Part shown: positions 1-9,043 of the stretch, one piece after another
Position numbering within the stretch: position 1 is the stretch's first letter
Layout: every line of letters begins with the position of its first letter
Source: Candidatus Latescibacterota bacterium
GTDB lineage: Bacteria; Latescibacterota; UBA2968
DNA length: 64,000 nucleotides
Direction: 5' to 3'
Assembly: GCA_965116885.1 (NCBI GenBank)
Contig: OZ220741.1
Coordinates: forward strand, 774,881 to 838,880
Notes under the pieces: model-generated
Databases searched by the model: none
What the model was told of the DNA's origin: nothing
The model's input: only the letters and a program-made list of their open reading frames with translations
Made by a program: the position numbers and the translations under genes

Positions 1-849
1 CTTGCCCAACTTGTGAAACGTACTCGCAACAACACCTTTCTTATCCACGCGCTCATCCAACCGTTCCTGCATCTCCTGTGCCGCCTTATTCGCAAAAGCC
101 AGCATAAGAATCTCATCGGGCCGTGCCTGCCCGCTCTCAACCAAAAAACCCGCGCGCCCCACCATCGCACTCGTCTTGCCAGTACCCGCACCAGCCAGTA
201 CCAGATTATTATCTTCATCTATCACACACGCATCGCGCTGGCTCTCGCTCAGAGGATTGCTCTCCACCCCATCAAAAAAGGTCGAAAACGCTTCTTTGAG
301 GCGCTTGACATACTGCGCGCGAAAATCTTCTACCTCTTGATCGCCCCAGTGCGCCACCTCCTGCACCAGCGTAAAATCAGCATGGCGCTTGCGATCCAAA
401 TACCCTACCGCTGGCACCTTGCGAAACTGATCGAGCATTTCCCGCGCCAGCTCTTTTATCTTCAACAAACGTGAACTGCGCAGATAACCTTCATCCAGCA
501 ATCTATTAATCTCCCCGGCACACCGCTTCACTTCTGACGCGAACTTTTGAGACTCCTCCAACCAATACCAATAATCCTGCAACCAGTCGAAAAACCCATC
601 CACCTCTGCCTTGCACAGCCCCTTCAATCGCTCCTCTCCGCGATCCGTCGGCAACACCAGCTCAAAAAACAGCTTCCCGCGATATAATACATCTTCTCGC
701 GTCAAATTTTCAGCGCATAAGGCAAAGCGTTTGCCCCCGGCCCTCTCCAAAGTCAGACCATCAGATGAAATTAAAATCGTTGCCGTCCTCGCGCCCAAAA
801 GACGCATTGCCCAATGCGGGGTAACACTTTTGTTTTTAAGTGTATCCAT
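1..849 (-). CDS. UvrD/Rep-family DNA helicase (helicase IV-like), N-terminal part; gene continues beyond window start
   Basis: Reverse-strand translation from ATG (complement of 847-849) gives ...LVLAGAGTGKTSAMVGRAGFLV...ILMLAFANKAAQEMQERL... with a Walker A motif (AGAGTGKT) and helicase IV-like N-terminal context; no stop codon before window edge. Confidence 0.6.
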   Translation of the reverse strand, partial: MDTLKNKSVTPHWAMRLLGARTATILISSDGLTLERAGGKRFALCAENLTREDVLYRGKLFFELVLPTDRGEERLKGLCKAEVDGFFDWLQDYWYWLEESQKFASEVKRCAGEINRLLDEGYLRSSRLLKIKELAREMLDQFRKVPAVGYLDRKRHADFTLVQEVAHWGDQEVEDFRAQYVKRLKEAFSTFFDGVESNPLSESQRDACVIDEDNNLVLAGAGTGKTSAMVGRAGFLVESGQARPDEILMLAFANKAAQEMQERLDERVDKKGVVASTFHKLGK

Positions 850-915
850 TCACCAATTCTCAAAAAAGAAAAGCCTCCTTGCTTCGGAGACTTTTCAAAA
901 AATAAATAAAACAGC

Positions 916-989
916 GGGCGACCACAGGGGGTCGCCCCTACAAATCGGATTCACAATATCACCGTAGGGGACGGCCCCTGTGCCGTCCC
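916..989. repeat. Two adjacent GC-rich 26-nt palindromic REP-like elements (GGGCGACCACAGGGGGTCGCCCCTAC and GTAGGGGACGGCCCCTGTGCCGTCCC) between clpP and helicase gene
   Basis: Perfect hairpin-forming palindromes; same family recurs at 52219-52244, 53646-53672, 61455-61480, 61499-61525, 61536-61561. Confidence 0.8.
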
Positions 990-1019
990 GCATGCGTAGC
1001 CCAACCAACCCCCAGCCCC

Positions 1020-1643
1020 TCACTCACCTATCTCATCAAACCCATTCACAACCCGACTGATCAACCCGTATTCCACAGCCTCATCGGGACTCATCCAATA
1101 GTCTCGATCCGTATCTTCCTCAATCTTTTCAAGTGGCTGACCGGTCTCATCGGCATACATCTCGTTAATCTTCTTCTTAATCTTCACGACCTCCTCAGCC
1201 GTGCGCCGCACATCTTCAGCCACCCCTTGAAACCGCATCGAAGGCTGATGAATCATAAGGCGCGAATTTGGCAAAGCCAGCCGATCTGCCTTATCTGCCG
1301 CCATCATAATCACCGTCGCTGCACTCGCCGACAGACCCGCACTGATAATTTTTACTCTGGGACGGATAAACCGGATCATATCGTAAATCGCAAACCCATC
1401 GTACACACTACCGCCGGGTGAATTAATAAAAATTTTAATCGGTTCTTCTGGATCTTCATGATCCAAAAACAGCAACTGAGCCGTCACCTTAGCCGTCAAC
1501 TTGTGATCCACGGGATCGGAAATCAAAATCGTACGCGCATCTATCAACCCCTTGTTCAAAATACCGTTCTTCGACGCGCTATCTTCCTCTTTCTCCTCAT
1601 CATCGAGGATCACATCGTCCTCAAAAATCATCCAGTCCTCCAA
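1020..1643 (-). CDS. clpP: ATP-dependent Clp protease proteolytic subunit ClpP
   Basis: 207 aa; ...IFINSPGGSVYDGFAIYDMIRFIRP...ISAGLSASAATVIMMAADK...LPNSRLMIHQP... matches ClpP serine protease fold with acidic N-terminal extension. Confidence 0.85.
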   Translation of the reverse strand: MEDWMIFEDDVILDDEEKEEDSASKNGILNKGLIDARTILISDPVDHKLTAKVTAQLLFLDHEDPEEPIKIFINSPGGSVYDGFAIYDMIRFIRPRVKIISAGLSASAATVIMMAADKADRLALPNSRLMIHQPSMRFQGVAEDVRRTAEEVVKIKKKINEMYADETGQPLEKIEEDTDRDYWMSPDEAVEYGLISRVVNGFDEIGE

Positions 1644-1720
1644 AAATAAAAATCAAAAAACCCGTTATGTTCAATGGCTCAATTTATCCCATATCCCCAT
1701 TTGAGTCAAGAGCCTTGCGG

Positions 1721-4700
1721 TTAATTTTTTTTCTCCAAACGCCTATCCGCCTTCACCAACTTCACCCCCACGCTCTTACCATCCTGACACGTAAACGCCA
1801 CAACCGTCTGATCCGCCTGAACCCTTGCGTCCACCAGATCATACGCACCATCCAAACGCCATATCCCTCGCACCGTCACCTCTACCTTCCGGGGCATACT
1901 CGCCTGATTGACAATTAGCGAACCATCCTGACGATGCGGCGTCTGAATCTCCCAACGCCACCCAAAATCCGGATCAGCAACCGAAAGCAATAACCCATCA
2001 CCCACTTCTCGGGACATTACCAAACTCGGCAAAGACACAGACACAATAGCTCCATCCGTCGGCCTCGCATCCTTATCGAACAGCGCATAACCCGTCGCCT
2101 TCATCCCCCGATGATGCACAATATGAGCCTTGTGATCTCGCTGCCAGACATCATACTCGGGTGCATTGGCAAACGCGCTTACCCTATCCGGCGACCTCTG
2201 AACCAACACGGCATATTCATAGAATCCATCTTGAGGCGCGCTACCGTGATCCAGATACGCCAATTCAAAAGTTCCTGTACCACCGCTATCCCTACCATAA
2301 TTTTTAGAAACTTGCTCCTGACGCTGCACCCTCAGGTCGCCCCCATCTGGAACCACATACCCATTACCCAACGAATCCATCACCCATACCCTCTGCCCCT
2401 TTATCCCCTCAAACATATATGGAATCGCATGCACACGCTCCCCATTCACCCCCGTAGAACGGTCCTCAGAGATAGCCGCCTGAAATAGCGGCGTCACCGT
2501 CGTATGACCACCATCATCATTCTCAATACCAGACCCCAGGCAAACCAGTACATCGTCAAAACAAAACACCGTCTTAACAGCTCGAAAACTCGTATTGAAT
2601 CTCGTATCGTGCAACTTCAAGGAGAACACACCATTTTGCCCTTTCAGATTCACCCCACCCACAAAAGTCTCATCCGAAAAATTGCGATCACGTCCCTCGT
2701 GTTTGAGCTGCTCATGACTCAAGCGGATCACCGTCGTACCCGGCCACATACTCCAATCCCATCCATCTCGCACAATCCCACTCGCCTCCCGGCCAACCGG
2801 ATCGCCACTCGCGTAAACCAGCATCGTCCCATAGCTCAAATAACGACCGAGCGGATTATTCCTCCCCGACGACTCGTAATCCCACACATATTTACCCCAC
2901 CCCTTCATACTCACCATCCAGTCCGCACGCCGATGAATGGACAACGCGCCATAAGGCAGCGTCCAGTGCCCCGAAGGTGGAGTAGCAGATGCATATCCCG
3001 CACTTGCAAAATCCGCCATCATCTGTATCGCACCCGGCGTGTGCAAATACATCAGCCGCACCGATACCCGCTCAAACAAATCTTCTATCAGCAACTGCGA
3101 CTTCGGTTTCCAAAGCTGCATAAACGCGCCCGACAGTTCTGCATCCACCGGAGCATAACTCAAAGCCACATACATATATGCCGGCAAAAGTTTGGTAGCC
3201 ACCGCTGTATTCCGCGGAAAACGACCATTAACAGCCATTGAAATATCATACGTATTCGCCATAATCCTGGACGTCAACAACGCCTGCTTCAAATTATCGC
3301 GCTTATCATCTCCAACCGCAAAAGGCGTATCGTGCAACAAATACACCAGCACAGAAGCCACATGAAAAGCATTTGGCGCATACCCACTCGCGTAAATCCC
3401 CCGATGGTGAAAACCCACAAAATCCGGCTTAATCGTATCCAACCACCCCGGCGCAATAGATAGTGCATTATTGAGCCACGCGATATAGCAACGCATATTC
3501 GCCACCTTCTCGGGCGAATCGTCCATCATCAAAATGCACAACAACCGATACATCGCCACCGAGCGTATAAAATCCGCATTCGCGCCCAGCACCTGCGGAC
3601 CCTCATACAACTCGCCAAACATACTGAACCATTTCAGCGTTGCCAACTCTCGTTCCAGCCGCTCCGTATCTTTCAGAATATCCCGCATCAAATACACCGC
3701 ATGGGCATAGCCAGCAACCCGCAAAAACTCGTGATGCATCGCCCCAACACCACTGCCATCTGCCCAACCCTGATCGTGCAAATAGTCGAAAACATCTATC
3801 ACCCGATCACGCGCCTCCTCATTGCCATTCAACCGATAATCCAACACCAGACGCAACAAAACCCCCTGAAAAACACTCTGAAAAAGAGGTTCATAGGGCG
3901 ACAACTCGGCAAACAGGGGCTTCCCCAAAATGCGATCACCCTCGCGTCGAATCTCGTAATCCGCCAGACTGCGATACCCGCGCCTTATATAGGCTTTAAG
4001 CTCATTGAGCCGAATCCTCACAGGCTCCCGCTCGTCATCCTTCACCCCATCACCCAGCACCCACGCCTCATATCGCCGGGCAATCGTCTCAAAAGCCTGT
4101 CTCTCATCATCAGTTATCTCTGTAGGAAGCGGACCTGGCAATGTGTTTTGACTCCACCGATATTCGCGACTCCTATCTGCCCTATTCGCATTGACAAAGG
4201 GAACCTGAGCATCTGGAGACCGCCTGGGGTGAATCCTCTCCACCAACTCCATCAAATCCAGATAAACAGCACCGCTATTCGATGCCCTAATTTCAAACGC
4301 CGTCACCCGTCCATTTCTCGCCCCCTCATAAGACCTGTTCCGCGCATCATCCCGCAAATGGATCCACATCGCCCGCCAGCCCGTAAAATTCAAGCCAAAC
4401 TCAAACTGATAACGCGGATTATTTGCCGACAACTCAGATTCCGTGCCAAACCGAAATGTCAGCACCTCATCGAGAGCCTCCTCGTTGTACACCCACGCCC
4501 GAAACCCGGTCAGTGCCTTATTGCGTCCCGGCGCGGGATCCGTGAACAAAAGTCGCCCGTTATTCTGCCAGGTCCATTTGAGAGATTGTTGCCCCCCTTT
4601 ATAACGCCTCGCTGAAAGCGACACCTCGCTACCTGCATCCACCTGATAGCTCTCGCCCATAGCCTCAAAATCATAGCGCCAGGACACATCCTGCGCCATC

Positions 4701-4753
4701 GCCGCACTGGCCAAGCCAAGAGCGAAAATAACAATACAGCATTTCAAATTCAT
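1721..4753 (-). CDS. Large secreted protein, probable polysaccharide lyase (heparinase II/III-like / alpha-alpha toroid plus beta-sandwich architecture); function inferred
   Basis: About 1010 aa ORF; start chosen at MNLKCCIVIFALGLASAAMA (cleavable signal peptide) rather than upstream ATG at 4816; size and composition resemble heparinase II/III-type lyases; sits next to sulfatase block. Confidence 0.35.
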   Translation of the reverse strand: MNLKCCIVIFALGLASAAMAQDVSWRYDFEAMGESYQVDAGSEVSLSARRYKGGQQSLKWTWQNNGRLLFTDPAPGRNKALTGFRAWVYNEEALDEVLTFRFGTESELSANNPRYQFEFGLNFTGWRAMWIHLRDDARNRSYEGARNGRVTAFEIRASNSGAVYLDLMELVERIHPRRSPDAQVPFVNANRADRSREYRWSQNTLPGPLPTEITDDERQAFETIARRYEAWVLGDGVKDDEREPVRIRLNELKAYIRRGYRSLADYEIRREGDRILGKPLFAELSPYEPLFQSVFQGVLLRLVLDYRLNGNEEARDRVIDVFDYLHDQGWADGSGVGAMHHEFLRVAGYAHAVYLMRDILKDTERLERELATLKWFSMFGELYEGPQVLGANADFIRSVAMYRLLCILMMDDSPEKVANMRCYIAWLNNALSIAPGWLDTIKPDFVGFHHRGIYASGYAPNAFHVASVLVYLLHDTPFAVGDDKRDNLKQALLTSRIMANTYDISMAVNGRFPRNTAVATKLLPAYMYVALSYAPVDAELSGAFMQLWKPKSQLLIEDLFERVSVRLMYLHTPGAIQMMADFASAGYASATPPSGHWTLPYGALSIHRRADWMVSMKGWGKYVWDYESSGRNNPLGRYLSYGTMLVYASGDPVGREASGIVRDGWDWSMWPGTTVIRLSHEQLKHEGRDRNFSDETFVGGVNLKGQNGVFSLKLHDTRFNTSFRAVKTVFCFDDVLVCLGSGIENDDGGHTTVTPLFQAAISEDRSTGVNGERVHAIPYMFEGIKGQRVWVMDSLGNGYVVPDGGDLRVQRQEQVSKNYGRDSGGTGTFELAYLDHGSAPQDGFYEYAVLVQRSPDRVSAFANAPEYDVWQRDHKAHIVHHRGMKATGYALFDKDARPTDGAIVSVSLPSLVMSREVGDGLLLSVADPDFGWRWEIQTPHRQDGSLIVNQASMPRKVEVTVRGIWRLDGAYDLVDARVQADQTVVAFTCQDGKSVGVKLVKADRRLEKKN

Positions 4754-4827
4754 ACTCAGACCTCTAATACTATTTGGGACTGAATCGCGGCTGAAGCATG
4801 CCGCGATGACAACCAAAATCTTCTGAA

Positions 4828-6093
4828 TTACTGGCCTAATACCGGTGCATCTTCTGGCCTGGGAATATTCACAAAATAGGCAAAAACGGCAACTATCAAC
4901 ACTGCTGGTGCCAGCGCGTAAAACGCGGGCGCATAAGACCCCGCAGAACTAAAAACAGACTCAATAAACCACGGACCTGTTGCAGAAGCCAAAACCGCAA
5001 ACACCTGTGCCGCACCCTGAATTTTTCCCAAATGAAGACGGCCAAAAATATCTGCCCACGCCGTAAAAAAAATCACCGAAACCACACCCCCGGAAAACCC
5101 CAGCAATCCCGCATGTGTCAGCGCTTGCCCCGGTGTTTTAAGCTGCGGAAACAAAAGCAAATAAAGACCAACCGCCAGCATCGCAACCGTCATCAGCCTG
5201 CCCAAAGACCATCGGCGCGCCGCCCACCCCGCTGTAAAATTCCCCAACAAACCCGTCGCCATAAACGCCGCCATCGCGTATTGAAACACCGTCTCATCAA
5301 ACCCCAACTCCCCCAATATAGACTGATTGAACAGCATCACACCCGCAATAACCAGATTGTAGAGCGCACTCCCAATAGCAAACACATAAAAAGCCGGTGT
5401 CATCAACGCCTGTACAAGCGTAAACCCAATCACCGGCTCCTGCGGCTCATCATCTTTCACAACCTCGGTATCCAGCCCAACTGCCTCTGGATCTCGACGA
5501 ACAAATAGCAGACACAAACCAGATAGAATCATCAAAATCCACCCCAGCCCCGACCACATAACCCGCCAACCCTGCGTGAGCACAACATCACCAGCAACAA
5601 CAATCGCAACCGCAAAACCCAGACTCATAAGCACGGCGAAAATACCCATCGCAAAGCTCAACCGCCGCACAAACCACTTGCCAACCATCGTCAAACTCAC
5701 CACAGACAGCGCGCTTTGCCCCACACCCCGCATCAAAACCAGCAACAAAAGCAAAAAACCAGCACCTGTCATCTGGCTAAACCCCAAAACCACCAGACTC
5801 AGAACAAATAGCACCGCCGTCACAACAGCGCGAACCCCAAAGCGATCAATAGTTACACCGCAGACCAAATTGAACAACGCTCCCAAAATAGTCGCCCAGA
5901 AATTCATCCCGGCAAAATCGAGCCGAGAAATACCCAGATCCGCGATCAAAGGCTCTGTAATCAAACCAATACCAACACTTCTGCCCGGCAGCGTAGCCAC
6001 CATCGCAACCGCCGCAAAAACCAAAACCACCCAACCGTAATAAAACAGCATACGCGCGGGTAGCGCATTGTCAAAATTATTTTTTAAAATCAA
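4828..6093 (-). CDS. MFS (major facilitator superfamily) transporter
   Basis: 421 aa, about 12 predicted hydrophobic helices, motif ...GVTIDRFGVRAVV... between TM2 and TM3 typical of MFS. Confidence 0.8.
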   Translation of the reverse strand: MILKNNFDNALPARMLFYYGWVVLVFAAVAMVATLPGRSVGIGLITEPLIADLGISRLDFAGMNFWATILGALFNLVCGVTIDRFGVRAVVTAVLFVLSLVVLGFSQMTGAGFLLLLLVLMRGVGQSALSVVSLTMVGKWFVRRLSFAMGIFAVLMSLGFAVAIVVAGDVVLTQGWRVMWSGLGWILMILSGLCLLFVRRDPEAVGLDTEVVKDDEPQEPVIGFTLVQALMTPAFYVFAIGSALYNLVIAGVMLFNQSILGELGFDETVFQYAMAAFMATGLLGNFTAGWAARRWSLGRLMTVAMLAVGLYLLLFPQLKTPGQALTHAGLLGFSGGVVSVIFFTAWADIFGRLHLGKIQGAAQVFAVLASATGPWFIESVFSSAGSYAPAFYALAPAVLIVAVFAYFVNIPRPEDAPVLGQ

Positions 6094-6134
6094 TTTTCTA
6101 CTCTGTTAGAATGGGCGCTGAACATATAGTTAAA

Positions 6135-6168
6135 AAGCTCCAACAAGATGAACTGCTTGTTGGAGCTT
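6135..6168 (-). terminator. Rho-independent terminator-like hairpin for the minus-strand AT-rich operon (13-bp perfect stem AAGCTCCAACAAG / CTTGTTGGAGCTT, 8-nt loop) followed on minus strand by TTTTAACTAT
   Basis: Perfect inverted repeat 6135-6147 / 6156-6168 immediately downstream (minus strand) of stop at 6187. Confidence 0.6.
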
Positions 6169-6186
6169 TGCAAATTAAAAAATGGG

Positions 6187-6750
6187 TTAATCCGGTAAAC
6201 CAATTCGACCCCTAAAATTGTAAAACCTTTGCATCAGATGCTGAACATAAATTGGTGGTACAACTGCAATCCTATCTATACCGCCCTCTTCAATTGCACG
6301 ATAAATATTTAAAGTTGCAATACCAAAGACATTTTTGAAATCCATATACAAATCAGGTAGAGGTCGGACTTGATCACTATTTTCAATCGACGCTTCTTGA
6401 AGATGGTGATACCTTTCGTTTTGGTTACTCTTCACATTTCTAAACAAGCTCGAATTGAGCTGACTTCGCTGCCGAATATTTTCTTCCTCATAAACGTCAC
6501 AAAAAAAAATCTGAGCAAGCTCATTTTGTGGCTTTGGGGGGCCAGTAAATCGCGATACATAATCCCACTCTAAATCACAAGCCGGGTTCATCACCATTAC
6601 CAGATTATGTTCTATAGGATTAAATATTATTTCCAAATCTCGTGATGAAGCTTGAGCAGGTACATCTGCCACAAACTCATGTACACCATATAGTATCTCA
6701 CCCTGGATTAAGGCTCCAACTTCGGGGGAAGGTTCATATTTAAACGCCAC
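6187..6750 (-). CDS. Hypothetical protein (AT-rich island gene 3)
   Basis: 187 aa ORF, low GC, no recognisable motif; co-directional and tightly spaced with 6760-7326. Confidence 0.55.
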   Translation of the reverse strand: MAFKYEPSPEVGALIQGEILYGVHEFVADVPAQASSRDLEIIFNPIEHNLVMVMNPACDLEWDYVSRFTGPPKPQNELAQIFFCDVYEEENIRQRSQLNSSLFRNVKSNQNERYHHLQEASIENSDQVRPLPDLYMDFKNVFGIATLNIYRAIEEGGIDRIAVVPPIYVQHLMQRFYNFRGRIGLPD

Positions 6751-6759
6751 GTCACGTCC

Positions 6760-7326
6760 TCAACCGTCAATAATCAACTCTGGTCGAGGAATGGTTTTCC
6801 CGACTTTGGCTATTTTAGGTTGCGTCTCTTGCTCTTGGCTCTTCAACCGGAACCGGGCTGGCGGTGGTGGTTGTAAATGAAATTGAAGTATATCCGCCAA
6901 TGTTTCCAAAGCCTCTTCTAAGCCTTGAGATGGCAAACCCGATATGAGAAAATGACAAAAGAATCTCTGCGCGATCTCCCTGCTCTCGCCCTCCTGCTCA
7001 TTGTAAAAACTAATCTCTTGCCCCAAAGCACCCACGGTACCACTAAACCTCCAATATCCCTTTACATTTTCTATTTCATTCTGGTTCAAGAGCATATCTG
7101 AGCTTCGGGATGCGATCTCTCTACTCTCGCCCTCTTGCTCATTGTAAAAACTAATCTCTTGTCCTAAATCTCCCACAGTACCACTAAACTTCCAATATCC
7201 CTTTACATTTTCTATTTCATTCTGGTTCAAGGGCATATCTGAGCTTCGAGGAGAGAGTCCATCGGAAGAGGTCCCCCGCTGTGCGATTAAAGGATTTAAG
7301 AATTGAAGGAATTGCATCAAACTCAC
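6760..7326 (-). CDS. Hypothetical protein with internal 47-aa tandem duplication (AT-rich island gene 2); true start may be downstream because ORF overlaps upstream gene by 110 nt
   Basis: 188 aa; segment SSDM(P/L)LNQNEIENVKGYW(K/R)FSGTVG(D/A)LGQEISFYNEQEGESREIA occurs twice. Confidence 0.5.
   Translation of the reverse strand: MSLMQFLQFLNPLIAQRGTSSDGLSPRSSDMPLNQNEIENVKGYWKFSGTVGDLGQEISFYNEQEGESREIASRSSDMLLNQNEIENVKGYWRFSGTVGALGQEISFYNEQEGESREIAQRFFCHFLISGLPSQGLEEALETLADILQFHLQPPPPARFRLKSQEQETQPKIAKVGKTIPRPELIIDG
6971..7252. repeat. 141-bp direct tandem duplication (2 copies, about 92% identical) inside CDS 6760-7326
   Basis: Copy 1 6971-7111, copy 2 7112-7252; in-frame (47 codons). Confidence 0.85.
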
Positions 7327-7996
7327 TCCTTTCTTCGGTATAACAGTCTGTATCTATCAAATACTGCTCTTGATTATTTTTATAACTTAGACCATGTCGA
7401 AGCCTGACCTTCGATAGTCCTTTGATATCAACAATATCGAATTCTGCCTCAGAAATGATACGGGACGGTGCAGTCTGAAGGGTTGTATCGCCAAGCAACC
7501 CAATGAGAGCCGGATTCAATAATTCTGACCACGCTATACCATCTAAACCGATTTTTTCTCGCTCAATTATATCAATATACCTGAGTCCGATTCTGGTGTA
7601 AAAATTGGGTTTATACTCTTCGTCCAATGCCTCAGCAACCAGATTCATCTCCTGACTGAAATTCTCCCAACTCTTGTAGCCATTGTCCGTGAGAGCGATA
7701 AAGCCCTGAGTCAGATTGACATATTTTTTTTTATTTTCAGATGCAAACTTATGATTAGGCCCTTCGGGAGTTTTAAGAGAACCTATATTCGAAAGTTGTT
7801 CTACTATCCTGGAGAATTCCTCTGGAAGATATTGATTCTCTCCCTCATAATAGGGATATTGAGACCTTATTCGATCTTGGAAATTAGACGGCGGTTCACT
7901 TGCAATTTTCAAAATTTCAGGAAATCGCAACTGACAAATAACCCTCTGCAATGGGTTTTTTGCGAATATTATTCTGTCAGATTTGGGAAAGGCCAT
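7217..7996 (-). CDS. Hypothetical protein, resembles conserved uncharacterised family (possibly TIGR04255-like) (AT-rich island gene 1)
   Basis: 259 aa from MAFPKSDRIIFAKNPLQRVICQLRFPEILKI...; about 42% GC versus about 58% in flanking genes; family resemblance is from memory only. Confidence 0.5.
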   Translation of the reverse strand: MAFPKSDRIIFAKNPLQRVICQLRFPEILKIASEPPSNFQDRIRSQYPYYEGENQYLPEEFSRIVEQLSNIGSLKTPEGPNHKFASENKKKYVNLTQGFIALTDNGYKSWENFSQEMNLVAEALDEEYKPNFYTRIGLRYIDIIEREKIGLDGIAWSELLNPALIGLLGDTTLQTAPSRIISEAEFDIVDIKGLSKVRLRHGLSYKNNQEQYLIDTDCYTEERSEFDAIPSILKSFNRTAGDLFRWTLSSKLRYALEPE

Positions 7997-8060
7997 ATCA
8001 TAAATTGTTATTTTGATGAAACTCAAACTTTCACAGAATGAAATAGGCAAAACACTTTAC

Positions 8061-8085
8061 GTCAAGCACTTTTTGGACGCTTGAC
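8061..8085. promoter_or_regulatory. 7-bp perfect inverted repeat GTCAAGC-N11-GCTTGAC in the gap between the sugar isomerase gene and the AT-rich operon; candidate operator or weak terminator
   Basis: Seen in 8051-8103 intergenic spacer; contains TTGAC -35-like hexamers on minus strand. Confidence 0.25.
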
Positions 8086-8103
8086 CTATCAAATGGGTTT
8101 CTG

Positions 8104-8931
8104 CTATTTATATTCTACACACGCCTTGAGCTTTGCCAGACCCTCTTCAGCGACCACAACAGACCCTTTTGCCCAGTAACTCGGATTAAACAACTCCAGA
8201 GACAACATCCCCTCATACCCCGCATTCTCAAACCCCGCCACAATCTCTGCCCAGGGCGCCAAACCATCCCCTGGATAAACCCGATCCGCATCTGTTATGG
8301 TATCCCTGCCGGGCGAAGCTGGATAATCATTCACATGCACCAAACCCAACTTACCCGGACCCAGATGCTCCAGCCCGTGAAAATGTCCACTCCCCTTGTA
8401 CATGTGATACACATCCGCCAGAAGCACCGTATCTGGCCGCCCGCATTCAGCCGCTACAAACAAAGCTTCACCCAGCGTACCCAGAGTCTGCGCAATACCC
8501 CAAAACTCCAGCAGCGGTCTCGCCCGAAACCCGACAACCTCATCCATCAATTCCCCATAGCGACGCGCCACAGAAAACAAATCCACATCCCGGTCCCGGA
8601 TCCCAAAAGGCGGAGCCGCGACATACGTACAATCGAGCGCATCGGCCATCTCAAAACAGCGACGCGCTTCCTCAAGCCCCTTTGCCCGCTCCTCATCCTC
8701 TGGCACAGACCACTCAAAAAACGCGATCAAATTGACAATCTGAATCCCCCTATCCGCTGCCTTATCGCGTATCTCAGACAGCGAACCACCCCCTGCAACC
8801 CACGCATCAATTTCTGCCACCCACGGCTCAATCCCCTCATACCCCGCATCCGCCGCAATATCGATGGCATCGACCACAGAAACGCCCTCATTGCGAATCG
8901 TGCTGGTATTCAAACAATACGAAAAACCCAT
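8104..8931 (-). CDS. Sugar phosphate isomerase/epimerase (xylose isomerase-like TIM barrel)
   Basis: Start MGFSYCLNTSTI with GAGGAG RBS (8941-8946, minus strand); ...GYEGIEPW...HVNDYP... pattern typical of AP endonuclease 2/xylose isomerase-like TIM barrels. Confidence 0.7.
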   Translation of the reverse strand: MGFSYCLNTSTIRNEGVSVVDAIDIAADAGYEGIEPWVAEIDAWVAGGGSLSEIRDKAADRGIQIVNLIAFFEWSVPEDEERAKGLEEARRCFEMADALDCTYVAAPPFGIRDRDVDLFSVARRYGELMDEVVGFRARPLLEFWGIAQTLGTLGEALFVAAECGRPDTVLLADVYHMYKGSGHFHGLEHLGPGKLGLVHVNDYPASPGRDTITDADRVYPGDGLAPWAEIVAGFENAGYEGMLSLELFNPSYWAKGSVVVAEEGLAKLKACVEYK

Positions 8932-9043
8932 GTTTATTCTCCTCACACAAAGACACGAAGGGATAAAAAACGACCCGTTTTACCCCGCCCGCTCCGTCTA
9001 TTCATCTGCGTCTATCTGCGTCATCTGCGGATACTTCTGTTTC

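Noticed and set aside
13-474. 153-aa plus-strand ORF at window start
   Set aside because: It is antisense to a well-supported helicase N-terminus (Walker A on the minus strand), and its own translation is featureless.
4754-4816. Upstream ATG extension (MVVIAACFSRDSVPNSIRGLS) of the large lyase-like ORF
   Set aside because: The internal start MNLKCCIVIFALGLASAAMA yields a canonical signal peptide, and the 21-codon extension has no support. The 52111-52473 extension of hpnC (through a REP element) and the 19341 extension of the plus-strand PhyH gene were rejected in the same way.
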